Below, piece by piece: positions 12,421 to 25,706 of a stretch of DNA of 64,000 nt (its first letter is position 1; the number at the start of each line of letters is the position of its first letter). The position numbers and the translations under genes are program-made. Origin of the DNA: Squalus acanthias (taxonomy: Eukaryota). The notes beneath the pieces are model-generated. The model was not told the DNA's origin, did not search any database, and saw only the letters and a program-made list of their open reading frames with translations. The stretch spans positions 171,866,001 through 171,930,000 of the forward strand of contig CM059425.1 of NCBI GenBank assembly GCA_030390025.1. The letters run 5' to 3'.

Positions 12421-13609
12421 GGCCCAGAATTTGCGGTCAGCGACAAACTTCACAAACATTTTTTATTGGGCCTGAATTTGCGGTCGGTATGACGGCGTAC
12501 TCTGAGTATACAGTCATACCACCTTTGAAACTGACAGCAACTTTGTGATTTGGTCCACGCGCTTGCTCAAAGTTGCAGTCAGTCAATGGCAGCTCCGAAA
12601 CTGGCGGCGCTCTACCCACCCCCTACAGAGCCGGCAATCAGTGAAATCTCTTAAATCATTGAAACAGGTGAAAACTTCGGCTCTTCCACAGTAATTACGC
12701 TGTTAAATTCCCCACTAAAAGTTAGACCCAAAGGGATCAGGTGTAACTGGGGTTTTAATAGCGTATTAACTGCTAAACAAAGGTTAAGGGCCTGGAAAAC
12801 TAATTTTAATTTTGTGCAGTGTGAAATTTGTCCATTTTAATAAAAATAAAAAATTTTAAGTAACTTTTCAAAAAAATGTTTTTACTTTTTTTTTTAAGTC
12901 TGTGCATTTTTATTTCAGGTTTGCCTTTCCCCAACGTGAGAACCCCAATCTTTCTTTTGCTCTCTCTAACTATTTTAAAAAGTTAGAATTTTAAGGGCTT
13001 ACTCACTTCCTTGTTCGCTGTCTGTGAGAATTCTGCCTTTTGATTGGCTGCTTAGACTGTTGACGTCACAGCAGTTTGAACAAGAGGATCCCCATCAAGT
13101 TCTGATCCACTGAAGTCAAGGTCGGTAAACCCGAAGTTCTCGACGCAGGGATTGCGAGATCCTTGTGCAGAGTGTACTTCGGGGCCAGCAGCTAATGGGC
13201 CAGTATTTTAAAAATCTAGTAATTTTCGACTATAATGGAGAAATTTGACATTCCACAAATATAAAATTTGTTTTTCAGGGCCAGAATGGTCGTTCAGCAA
13301 TCATTATGCCGTTAAGACCCCAGTTACACCTATTCCGACAAGGCTTAACTTTTAATGGGGTGTTTAACAGCGCAATTAGATCGTAAAAGCTTAAGTTATC
13401 AGTTCCACTGATTGCCAGCTATTGGTGGTGGTGGTGGTGGTGGTGGGGGGGGGAGGGGCGAGGCGGGCGTGACGGAGCCGTGAATAACTGACCGCAACTC
13501 CAGGATTTCCGCATTTAGATGTGCATGCGCTAACTCCTGAAGTTATGATCAGTTTCAGAGGGTAATGACGACGAATGCTAACAGTCATTACCACTGCAAA
13601 GTCCAGGCC
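12421..13609. mobile_element. Harbinger/Tourist-like MITE with long imperfect inverted arms
   Basis: TIRs ggcccagaatttgc / gcaaagtccaggcc; AAT TSD at 12418-12420 and 13610-13612; arm near 12740-12840 is inverted relative to 13240-13330; a second TIR start lies at about 12468. Confidence 0.8.
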
Positions 13610-15309
13610 AATGTTGCACCTGAGAACTGAAAAAACATAACAGGTCTGTCTGCAACTGAAAATTGAAACGGTGGTCTAATGTTTCAGTGTCTTCACCAGA
13701 ATATGGACATAAATTATTAGTTCTATACAAACAACTTTATCCACTTTTTCTTTTCACAGAGGCTGACAGAATTACTGTGCATTTCCAGCATTTTCTGTTT
13801 GTAACATATCCTGTTGGAAGGTCTTATGTTCAACTGCATTTCTAAAATGTTTCTGAATGAAGCATTCTGTAATCTTGACAAAGTAAGAAGCTGGCCAAGT
13901 GCTGGGGCTCACCAAGACTGCCTTGCTGGCTGCCATTTCCTCTCAAAGACCTTTCCCAAGCCCCAGCTCCAACCTGATATGTCAATGAGTTCATTAGCAC
14001 AGATGCTGTTCAGATATCACAACTGCTGCTACATCCAATGCTACAATATTATGAGTGTATTTCCAGCTGCTACTCTTCAACTGTGCAAGAACCAACTCCG
14101 AATGACCAAGATTTTATTCTGAATAGCATATACAAGGTCAATTTTTTAACAAACGCAAGTTAACTAAAACTACTGCAGACAGCAGTACGAACATTTGGGC
14201 AACAAAAGCTTGGTAGTGAATCTTGCAGGTCTTAATTAAAATACAGCATCCACATAACCCCCACCTGGTAACAAATGAAGAGGTTTGACAAAAATAATCT
14301 CGTTATAATACATGTGACGATACAATCTCTGAAGTAATTTTATGTTTCATGGAGATGAGGTGATAAAAGAGAACTGGTAATACTTACTGGAAAAAGTAGT
14401 AGCTATACCGGAGCCATTCTACAATTCATAGAGTTTGCGATTAAAGTTTGTGTTTTAATTAACCTACCTAACCGGTGTTATAAATAGTCAGGTGATTAGA
14501 ACTTGTGGAGATGAATTCTCTCTCATTCGTGATGCTGAGCTCAACTCACATTGGGTTTTCTCATTGATGATTTTTAACACTGGCACAGTGCGCAATACAA
14601 GGAACATCCCACGGCACAATACGTGTCCTTCACAAAACTCCACTCTGAGGTAGTATCAGGGAAATGTGACGAGTGACATTCATGATCAGCAACAGTGATG
14701 TAATTATAAATCTGTCAGAAGTTATGAAATTGCGTTTACATTTAAAAGCTACGTGCACCAAAGTCGGTAACACTTTTAAAACTAAGATGAGTCATCATTC
14801 CTCCTAATGAGCAACACTTGGAAGATCTGAATGTGTTCTATTTATGCCACCAAACAGTCGTGAAAGTAGAATCTATGACATTTATAAAAAGTTTTGATTA
14901 ACATTTCTGTCAGTTGAAGAAGAATGAGGTCTCCCCTTCTATTCAGATAGAGTAGTACTTAACAGCACTGGGGGATGGGATCAGACATACACCATTCTTA
15001 TGTCATGTCAGTGGGCCACAATTTCAAAAAACAGCCACTGCAATGGCAAGTCGTAAGTACCATTAGATTTAGTAGATGCTATTCAATTCTATTTTGGGCT
15101 ACCTTCACGGTAAAAGGAACATGGCCTAAAGCATAGATACAAGATCTGATTCTGAAAGATTGATTAACTTCAAAAATGGACAGAATGAGAATAGTTAATG
15201 CTATATAGATATTTCCTCCAATGTTATATCATTTTTACCTCTGCTGCGTCAGAATGACATCACTGGACTGTATTCGATAAGTTATGATAATTTTACATCC
15301 AATTTACAA

Positions 15310-16350
15310 TAAACAGGCCATTTGGCCCAACGGGTCTAACCGGTGTTTGTGCTCAACATGGGCCTTCTCTCACCCGAATCCATCTAACCCTGTCAGCATA
15401 TCCTTCTATTTCTATCTCCCTCGTGTACTTAGCTAGCTTTCTCTTAAATGCATCTATGCTAGTCATCTCAACTACTCCATGAAACAGCAAGTTCCACATT
15501 CTAACCACTTTCTGGGTAAAGAAGTTTCTCCTGAATTTCTTCTCGGATTTATTAGTGACTATCTTATATTAATGACCCCTAGTTTTGGACTTCCCCCACA
15601 AGTGAAAACACCTTCTGTACATCTACCCTACCAAACCCTTTCATTATCTTAAAGTCCTCTAATAGGTCACCCCTCAGCCTTCTCTTTTCTAGCGAAAAAG
15701 AGCCTCAGCCTGTTCAGTCTTTCCTGATGGTTATAACCCCTCACTTCTGGTATCATCCTTGTAAATTTGTTTTGCGGTGCAACGAAGGTTCACTAGATTG
15801 ATTCCTGGGATGAGAGGGCTGTCCTATGATGAGAGATTGTGTAGAATGGGTCTATACTCTCTGGAGTTTAGAAGAATGAGAGATGATCTCATTGAAACAT
15901 ACAAGATTCTGAAGGGGATTGACAGGGTAGATGCTGAGAGGTTGTTTCCCCTGGCTGGAGTGTCTAGAACTAGGAGGCATAGTCTCAGGATAAGGGGTAA
16001 GCCATTTAAGACTGAGATGAGGAGGAATTTCTTCACTCAGAGGGTTGTGAATCTTTGGAATTCTCTGTCCCAGAGGGCTATGAATGCTGAGTTATTGAGT
16101 ATATTCAAGGCTGAGATACATAGATTTTTGGACTCTAAGGGAATCAAGGGATATGGGAATCGGGCAGGAAAGTGGAGTTGAGGTCGATGATCAGCCATGG
16201 TCTTAGTGAATGGTGGAGCAGGCTCGAGGGGCCGTATGGCCTACTCCTGCTCTTACTTATGTTCAGTGCCTCAATATCATTTTATAATACGGAGACTAGA
16301 ACTGTGCACAGTACTTGAAGTGTGATTTAACCAAGGTTCAATATAAGTTT
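15310..16350 (-). mobile_element. CR1 LINE 3' end (minus), split by another CR1
   Basis: Reverse complement of the same CR1 subfamily as 49140-50190; resumes at about 16262 after the insert. Confidence 0.8.
15775..16262 (+). mobile_element. CR1 LINE 3' end nested in a minus-strand CR1
   Basis: ORF 15777..16181 QRRFTRLIPGM...NFFTQRVVNLWNSL plus tail hairpin ggagcaggctcgagggg...ctactcctgctc. Confidence 0.92.
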
Positions 16351-17169
16351 TAGACTTTTAATACAAGTCTAAAATGTTTCATTACTTCTGTCTATCACAT
16401 TACAAATATGAACAGCCATCTTGCTTTTTAGCAGCAACTTAAAATGATGGAATGGTCGACTAGACTGTACTAAATGTGTGCCCAGGTTAATCCAATTTAC
16501 CAGTGTCCCAGCACAGCACATGCTGAATTCCTAAACTGCAGGAATCCATGAGGATACTTCACAAGTACAAGCCATGAATACTGAACAAAGATGCAATCAT
16601 AGAATTAAAGTACCTGGCAAATGAGTTATTAAATGTGCAGTTATCACTTTATGGTTTGTAATTATATTTCTCTAGCTGCCATCTAGTGTCAGCTTTACTG
16701 AAATGTAAAAAAGTCTCTCTCTTGATGTTCCTTCCTGATGGGATTGCCTGACTAAGGAGCAAACAAGTAATACTTAATTAACCCTTTAGCATGTGTGCTA
16801 ACATCTCGCCCTATAACGAATGTTCCCTTTAAGTCGCACAATGCTCCAGGGATCCCACACAGCTGGCTTGCCAGCTTTTCAACGTAAAATCCGTGCATGC
16901 AAGCGATTTTGAATGGGCCGCGCAGCCCCTCAAAAGGGCTGTGCGGCAGCAAAACAAATTACAGGGAAGATTGCCTACAACTGCAACAAAATTGGAATCA
17001 AGAAAAACGCTGGGGCTTCCAACCTAAAAGCTTGTGACTTCAAATTCTAATCTGAGGTGATGTTCAAACTCAATCAAGCAAATCTCTCTCGTTGTAAACT
17101 GGAATGCACTTCATGAGGAAAGAAAAAAAGTCTGAAAGCATGACGGTGGAGCACAAAACAATAGAAAAA

Positions 17170-19790
17170 AATCTCCACAGATGCTGCCCGACTTCCTGAC
17201 TCTTTCCAGCATTTTCTGCTCTTACTTCAGATTTCCAGCATCCGCAGTATTTTGCTTTTGTTTTAGTGATAAATTTGCTGCCAATACTCTTCCATGAATG
17301 CCCACCTTGAAGAAGTTCTGCTCTTTTCTGACGGGATTCCCGTTTGTCTCTTTTACCTTGTTCACCTTCATTGCTTTCTGTTTTGCTTCTCGTGCTTGAT
17401 CAGGGATCTACTCAAACTCGCTTTCACAGCCACATCTCTTTCCTTAGCAACTGTCTGTGCTCAGATTTATTCCACGAGAATTCCAACTTAAATTAACCTT
17501 TCATGTTTCAGATCCACACGTGATTACAGATATCTTTATAATATTCAACATTCCTCAAAACACTGCTCTCGCCACTTCCTAAGATCCATGCTCAACGCCA
17601 TGCGCCATCACATACCACTCTCGACCTCTCTCTTCAACAGCACAGACTCACTATTTCAGGGTTCATCCTGGTCCGCAGTTCCATTTCATCCTTCGCCAAA
17701 AAACATTTTTCTACCTTTCAGGTGTCAAGGACCACAAGCTTCAACTCCTCTTTAATAACACCACCTCTCCAAATCCTTCTTCCCCTTCACTTTCCTCTGA
17801 CTCCATCTCTGCTGCCAAACTCACCCTTCACCATGTTTTCACTATCCCCTCTGACCTTCCCTCGCTGACCCCAAACGATCAACCCTCAGATTCATCCCCA
17901 TATGCCCCCACCTCGATGAACTGAGATCAGCACAATGCTGAGCTCTTCCTCCAGCACCTGCACCTCTGCGCCCACTTCTTTAGCCAGGAGTCTTATCCCC
18001 TGTACAGCGGTCCCTTTCTCCAGTCTCCAGAATTCTCCTTTCACCTGGGCCCCTCCCTCTGGCCTCTTAGACTCTCAAACATTTCATTGGGAACTGCCGG
18101 CATGACATTGGCCATCCCAATTTCTCTACCCCCGTCACTCACTCTAATCTACCTCCCTCCGTTCTCTCAGGTCCAACTCTGACATCGTCATTAAACCTGC
18201 TGACAAGGGCAGACCTGTTTTTGTTTGGCGAACAGACCTCTACCTTGCTGAGGTTGAAAACCAACTTTCCTGCACCTCCTCCTACCTCACCCTGAACCAC
18301 AACCCCACCGCCGAAGGTCAAACAATCATTTCCCAGACAGTCACTGACTCATCTCCTCTGGAGATCTTCTCCCCCCACCCCCCACAGCCTCCAACCTCAG
18401 TCTCCGAACCCCACACTGCTCGCTTCTACCTCCTTCCCAAGATCCACAAACAGGACTGCCCTGATGGACCCATAGTTTCAGCCTGATCCTGCCCCATGGA
18501 ACTTATTTCTTCCTTTCGCGACTATTTTTTTCCCCTTGTCCAGTCTCTTCCCACCTACATCAGCGACTCTTCTGACGCCCTCCGCCACTTTAACAATTTC
18601 CAGTTTCCTGGCCCTAACCGTCTCCTTTTCACCATGAAAATCAAATCTATCTACACCTCCATCCCCCACCACGGCAGCCTGCAGGCCCTCCGCTTCTTCC
18701 TTGAACGGAGGCCCAACCAGTCCCCATCCACCACCACCCTCCTCCACCTGGCTGAACTTGTTCTTGCATTGAACAACTTCTCCTTGGACTCCACTCATTT
18801 CCTCCAAGTAAAAGGCGTTGCTATAGGAACCCACATGGGTCCCAGCTACGTCTGTTTTTCCATGCGACATATGGAACATTCTTTGTTCCAGTCCTACTCA
18901 GGTCCCCTCCCTCACCTCTTTTCTGGTACATGGATGACTGTATCGGTGCCACTTCCTGCTCCCGCCCCGAATTGGAAAATTTAATCAACTTTGCTTCCAA
19001 TTGCCACCCATCCTCGTCTTCACATGGTTCATCTCCGACTCTTCTTCCTGGACTTCTCCATCTCCATTTCTGGGGATAGGCCATCAAACAATATCCACCA
19101 TAAGTTCATTGACTCCCAGAGCTACTTTGATTACACGTCCTTCCACCCAGCTTCCTGCAGAGACTCAATTCCATTCGCCCAGTTTCTCCATTGCAACTGT
19201 TCTGACGGTGCCAACTTCCATACCAGTGCTTCCGCTCGGTCTGTCTTGTTCCCCAACCGAGGATTCCCCTCCACCGTTTGACGGGGCCCTCGACCATGTC
19301 CGTCCCATTTCCTGCACTTCTGCCCTCAATCCCTTCCCCTCCCTCCCAGAACGATTAGGTTCCTCTTGTCCTCAACTTACACCCCACCAGCCTCTGCATT
19401 CAACAGGACCCCCTGGCCAATATTTATTCCTCAATCAATCAACATCACTAAAACAGATTATCTGGTCATTATCACATTGCTGTCTGTGGGAGCTTCCTGT
19501 GCACAACTTGGCTGCCGTGTTTCCTACCTTACAACGGTGACTACACTTCAAAAAAGAGTACATCTTTAGCCGTAAAGCGCTTTGGGACGTCCTGTGGCCG
19601 TGAAAGGCGCTATATAAATGCAAGTCTTTTTTACTTACTTTTTTTCCCCGTATGCCTTGCACCATCATCACTTGTAATTTAATCACTTCTGCCTTCCATC
19701 CTATTACAGAACTTCCCTTCTATTCTTTCCTCTCACCACCCCCCACTTTCCCTATCTCTGTACTTGCTCAAAAATTTACATGTCTAACTG
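17170..19790 (+). mobile_element. Penelope-like retroelement, degenerate
   Basis: RT motifs FYLLPKIHK, LFTMKIKSIYTSIPH, NNFSLDSTHFLQVKGVAIGTHMGPSY and DSIPFAQF; preceded by a pLTR-type tail ccacagatgctgcc...cagcattttctg...gatttccagcatccgcag. Confidence 0.88.
19405..19632 (+). mobile_element. Deu-domain SINE 3' part nested in the Penelope element
   Basis: ctggccaatatttattcctca...gcgctttgggacgtcc...ggcgctatataaatgcaagtc (L2-type tail). Confidence 0.85.
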
Positions 19791-20132
19791 TGAAGATGTT
19801 AACCCCCGCGTGCTAACCTTTTTCTGGATAATTGACTGGGAAGAATCACCTTGAAGCATTAAAAAAAAAGTATAAGACACCAGCTTAAGTTTTGGCAAAC
19901 AAGAAGACTTCCAAGGTAGGCTAATGTTGTCGGTAAATGCAGAGGTATTTACCAGAACAGTTCACATAGGCAGCTCAATATCTGTTCAGAGAATAAGGAT
20001 GTATAAGAAATGATAATCGATGGAGTAACAAAGAAAAACTCCCTTCAGGTTACCCAATTGCATAGCTGGTTCAGGCCATGATCAGTTGAGTCATGCAGGC
20101 AAGGAAGCTCCAGATTTGATCACTGCTGACCC

Positions 20133-20848
20133 AGAAGTACGCTCCACACAAGAATCTCGCAATTCCTGTGTCGAGAAATTCGGGTTTTCAGACATACAAT
20201 TCAATGGAACTTAATGGGGATCCTCTTGTTCGAACTGCTGTGATGTCAACAGGCTGTCTAAGCAGCCAATCAAAAGGCAGATTTCTCTCAGACAGCAAAC
20301 AAGGAAGTGAGTAAGCCCTTAAAATTCTAACTTTTTAAAATAGCTAGAGAGAGAAAAAGAAAGATTGGGGTTCTCAAGTGGGGAAAGGCAAACCTGAAAT
20401 AAAGATGCACAAACTTAAAAAAGAAATTAAAAAATGTTTTTAAAGTTTCTTAAAAATTAAATTTGTTAAAATGGACAAATTTCACACTGCACAAAATTAA
20501 AATTGGTTTTCCAGGCCCTTAACCTTTGTTTAGCAGTCAATACGCCGTTAAAACTCCAGTTACACCTAATCCCTTTGGGTCTAACTTTTTGTGGGGAATT
20601 TAACAACCTAATTAATGTGGAAGAGCCGAAGTTTGTGTCAGTTTCAATGATCTGCGAGATTTCACTGATTGCCGGCTCTGTGGGGAGGGTGGGGGGGGGA
20701 AAGAGACAGCGCAGCCAGTTTCGGAACTGTCATTAACAGACCGCAACTTCGGCATTTCTGCATGCGCCTGCGCCAAATCCCGAAGCTGCAGTCTGTTTCA
20801 AAGGCGGAATGATGGTGAACAGTGCCAGTTCGCCGTCACCCCGACCGT
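20133..20848 (-). mobile_element. Partial inverted copy of the 12421-13609 MITE family
   Basis: Reverse complement of about 12480-13180, e.g. cagccaatcaaaaggcag and ggaagtgagtaagcccttaaaattctaac. Confidence 0.85.
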
Positions 20849-21413
20849 TGAGTTCGTTAATCTCAAATGGAGTTGCAACAGGGGTGCACAGTTCAGCATC
20901 TCCAGCTTTGCAAAGGTAAAGTTTCACTACATTTACCACTCCTAACTACTGAACTTTAACTTAACATTACTTTTTGTAATGTAATGGTTGTAAGCAACTT
21001 GCTCTATATTCACCACACTGTGTTCTCTGTCATTTATGTCAAAAAATGCTGGAGTGTATGTACCAAAAAGTACTTAGAGCTTCAAATCCAATAAGTTAGG
21101 ATACTCAACCACCTAGGAGTGGAAACAAAGACCACACCATAAAACTGAGGATTAAAAACATTTTTTATTTGCTTTATTAGACATACTGGCACATACAACA
21201 GTTTTTGTACGTGATGGATTTTGCTGAGCACTTTGTTAACACAATATTAAAGTTTAAAATGTAATTCTAAAATGGTCAGAAAATATGATAAACCGTATAC
21301 AATGTTTATCATCCTATACCTTGTGCAATAAAGTAGGGTGACTGGGGTTATTGATTCTGCATCTCACATGCCTGGCTGCAGAGGGAATTGAGCTGAATAA
21401 ACAGATACACAAT

Positions 21414-21898
21414 GGCCCGGAATTTGCGGTCGGGATGACGGCAGACTGGCAGCGTTCGCAGTCATTCCGCCTTTGAAACTGACCACAACTTTGGGATTTG
21501 ACATGCGGAAATCCTGAAGTTGCAGTCTGTCATTGACAGCTCCGAAACAGACTACGCTGTCCACCTCCTACCCCCGCAGCCGGCAATCTGTGCAATCACC
21601 CAAATCAGGGAAACTGATGAACACTTCGGCTCTTCCGCATGAAGTACACTGTGAAAAACCCCACTCAAGGTTAGACCCAGAGAGATTAGGTATAACTGGG
21701 GGTTTTGACAGCGTTATTACTGCTAAACAAATGTTAAGGGCCTGGAAAACTAATTTTAATTTTGTGCAGTGTGAAATTTGACCATTTTAATAAAAATTTA
21801 AATTTTTAAAGAAATTTGTTGGTCCATCTTTATTTCAGGTTTGCCTTTTCCCCGTTTGAGCCCCAATCTTTGTTTTGCTCGCTCTAATTTTCCGGACC
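21414..21898 (+). mobile_element. Internally deleted copy of the same MITE family
   Basis: TIRs ggcccggaattt / aattttccggacc; flanks aat / att; body colinear with 12470-12965. Confidence 0.85.
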
Positions 21899-23236
21899 AT
21901 TATGTAAAAGAATTGTCTGGAAAAGTGCACTCAATCTAAAAGAAACACTTAAATTTCCACTGATATTCAAATCGTAAAATTATCCCCGATTAGTACTCAT
22001 AAAAACCACAAGAGTGGAATTGTCACTGGACAATTATTTTACAGAATACAACAAAAATTAATCAATGCAATTAGGAAGAGTTTAAGTAGAAGTCACTTAA
22101 AGAAAACAATGCTATTTTTATTGGCAATTCACATTTCAACCAACTGGGCTGCAATGGATACACAAATTCAGAAAATAAAACCATGTTATTAATCTGTCCT
22201 GACAATTATTTTATTCAGATGTATCAGGCTCCATAGATGCAATGCATGCATTAAAAAAAACTATAATGCAGATATATATCAACAGCAAAATAATATGGGT
22301 GTACCAGTCATTTATATAATCAAAACATATGTTTTGTCATGATATTACTGAGATTAAGACTTTTTAAATGTTATTCTCTACTTTGGGAAATTACAGATAT
22401 TCATTTATCTGATCTGGTCGCATGTACCTAATCCTGGAGTATTCGTGGGGTCCAAAGTCTTACTGTCGTCATGGCATCAGCTCATTTAATAACTCTTGCA
22501 AATCAGGGATATTCATTTTTTGGAAAATATTATAATCTCAAAATCTAATAAAAACTGCATTACAATGTCACAGATTTTCAGACCGAATTACAACACCAGC
22601 TGTTTCAAGCTTTGAAACTGTCCTCACATATCATTGAGAAGCACAGTTGAACTCTGGAAACTGGCAATTTTACTTGTTTCAATATCTTGCCTTTTAATAT
22701 TTTGTTTACTTTGCTTGTAATCTTTTTTTCTTACTATATTTTGGTCAGTTTTCTAATTTTTTTTTAAACCTTGAATTTCACATTTTGCGCTTTCATTGTT
22801 TAAGTCTATCTGATCTGGTTTCTTATTTTTATTTCTTTTTCTTTGAGTATATACAACCAGATCAGATAAACGAATGTCCACAATTTCCTAAAGTAGAGAA
22901 TAAGATTTCACCTTTAGTCCCACCGTTCCAACTTCTATCTTAAATGCAATTGATAAAATAAATCAAAACATATCTGATCTGATCAGTAAACTTGGCTAAA
23001 GGCTGAAAGTTGCAACTTCGATTAATGCACACTAATTAGCAGCCCAGAGAGCAAGAACATCTCACTGGTGCAATAGTAAACACACTTCTGATACTGGTGT
23101 TCAGGAGTATTGTTGGGATAAATAGTAACACAAGATGCCAAGTCTGGCATGCAGAGTCGAAACAAGGTCGTGCTGGCTAACAGCTGCATCCAGCACCTCA
23201 ATATACCCTCAGGTACAAAATAACAGTCGTTTACTG

Positions 23237-23353
23237 TTAGAATATACATTTATAGTGAATATTACATTTGATTAAACCATTGAGCTGCTTTTTAAACAAC
23301 ATGTCCAGAGTTCCAGGTACATTTCTGCATTCCATTAAATAGAATTCATTTTC
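23237..23353 (-). CDS. Candidate alternative terminal exon (38 aa)
   Basis: tttcttgttttctattggtcttaacccgcag|GAA AAT GAA...; phase 0 gives ENEFYLMECRNVPGTLDMLFKKQLNGLIKCNIHYKCIF*. Confidence 0.3.
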   Translation of the reverse strand, partial: ENEFYLMECRNVPGTLDMLFKKQLNGLIKCNIHYKCIF

Positions 23354-25706
23354 CTGCGGGTTAAGACCAATAGAAAACAAGAAACCTTGTTAAGTGTTGA
23401 AACTGGTGCTACAAAACATTTTTAATTTCTGCATCTTCTCCAAATTTAGCCACAAAGTACCAAAAATATTAATACATTAAGGCAGTTTTACTTAGCAATC
23501 CAACTGCCAGTATTTTACATTCTAACTATATATACCCTCCTGTGTACTTAAATGCAGTCATACTTCACATGCATTTTTTTTAATTAACGACAAAATCAAC
23601 TTCCACAACTACTAAAGATGTCCATTTCCAATTTTTATCAACTAATTTTTACATTTCTCCTGTGCACCTCCATCTATCGTTCAATACATTCACTCCTGTG
23701 CTGCACTGCTCGAAGGGATTTTACTGCATTAGTGAATTCTACTCCAGTAAAGAAAATCTATCAACCAAAAATAAGGAAGTTATTTTTTTTTAAATAAACA
23801 GCAAATTTTGCCCAGTTTTTACAATTTGAGAACAAAAATGGAAGTTGGAAGTCATCACTGACCTTGCTCATGCCCAGTTGAAAAATCAGATAGTGGCTTT
23901 TCAAACATTAATAGATAAGATTTATTAATACTTCTTTTAAATGTAGCCACAGGAGGTAATGCATTCTAGCATTACACTGTCCATAGAACAAAGTACTTTG
24001 AATCACAAAACCCTCAATGTAACTTCCTGTTGAGTTACAGCAGCTCAGAAACCACCCAGTCACAGATTGCACTTTTGCTCCACTTGACATGGACTGTACA
24101 TCAAAGTACATCAACACAATCTAATGTCGGAGGCCTTTTCCCCCTCAGTGACCAGCCAGGTGTTGAGGGCAGAAAGAAAAGCTTCTTCCACAGTTCTTTG
24201 CCTTGTTTGATCACTGGATACTTTTGATCTGACGCTGGCCAAGGTTACGCAATGACTTCCCTTCTCCAAACCTTTCCCTCAAGTGTCAGGTAGAATAAAG
24301 ACCATCAAACAGAGCTCCGACACAGACTGTGGGCCATGACATGCGATTCCAAAAGAACAGCACTCAGCTCCCATCATTTCCAATTCAATTTCTTTTGTTA
24401 TGGGATGTCAGGCCTGGGCACATATAGCAGAAAAAAAAAGGATTATACTGGCTGCTAGGCCAAGTCCTCTTTGTATTTGGCTCTTTTCTTCTCAACATTC
24501 ACAGCTCTTAAAATCCTGTTAACCCAATCGTAACTGCAGTTAGACAATTATTCTTCTTCATGTGCAATGCATAGTTTTCTCAAAAATTCCTATCAGACAG
24601 ACAAAGACCATTTTACATCGTGTGATACAACAGCAAAGCTTTCTAAACTATTGCAAACTAGCAACAAAAGGTTTACGTGGAGGCCTTCTGGCAGACACCA
24701 TTCAAAGGGCAGAAGCAAGCTTTTCAGGTCAATAGATCAACGACAATACTCTTTATCCATGGATCAGCTTTCCAATGAAGGGCCATCCACCTAATTTAGG
24801 TTTGTTTCCCAATTCTTAACAAAACATTTTTTTAAATCTTATTTCAAGATTTGTCTATAGTTTGAGTTTAATCAGTAAGTATCCAACACTTCAGTGTTCA
24901 CACCACATGTTTTTCTGTCTTGAGCTAAATTCGACATGCTTTGTCGAAGCAGTGCACACCCAGAAAAATCAGACTGTGATAAATATGTCAGATTATTCAG
25001 TATGAGTGTTGTGGGAAGCAAGGGTCAACTACTTTAATCTGTTGCACATTCCTAGAACAGTGTTTGAAACGGTTCTGTGATCATTACATAAGTTGTTTTT
25101 CAACGGGTTTTTTTTGAAGGAAGCAACTAGAAACTGTAAATGACCAACTAGAAGTATCCCAACTTATATAATGCATTTCCTCCATCGCAAGAAATATTTA
25201 GTGCTCTACCTAATAGGTTAACCACATGGGTTGTAGCACAGAAAATGACTTCAATTTAAAACAAACATAATAACTGAATTACCACAAATTTTATTTCCTT
25301 ATTTGGAAAAGTAATGCATTAGTTGGGTCTATCTAATTAAAATATTTATGTTACACACATTTTAGAAGGTGGAAAATCATAATTCAACTTCAAAAATAAA
25401 TAGAAGTAAAAATATTGAGTACAACAGTTGGACACAACACCAAATTTCCAGGCATGTACAGGAGAATCATATACAAATTGTGCATTTATTTCAAGACGAC
25501 AACATTACAGTTTAATATGATATATTTGCTTTGGTATCACTGGAAACTTAAAAAAAAACTTAATTTTTTTTTAAATCTTGACTTTGTTCCACTGCTCAAA
25601 GCTGGTCGTTCTCTCAAAAGTGAAATTAGCCAGTTCCAGAACAGGAAGCCAAAAAAATTAACTGCATATAAATAACACTAATATCTTTATTTTCTGCTTG
25701 AACCTT

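Noticed and set aside
16917..16950. GC-rich hairpin gccgcgcagccc...gggctgtgcggc as a terminator or ncRNA
   Set aside because: Eukaryotic intron; most likely a subterminal palindrome of a decayed MITE.
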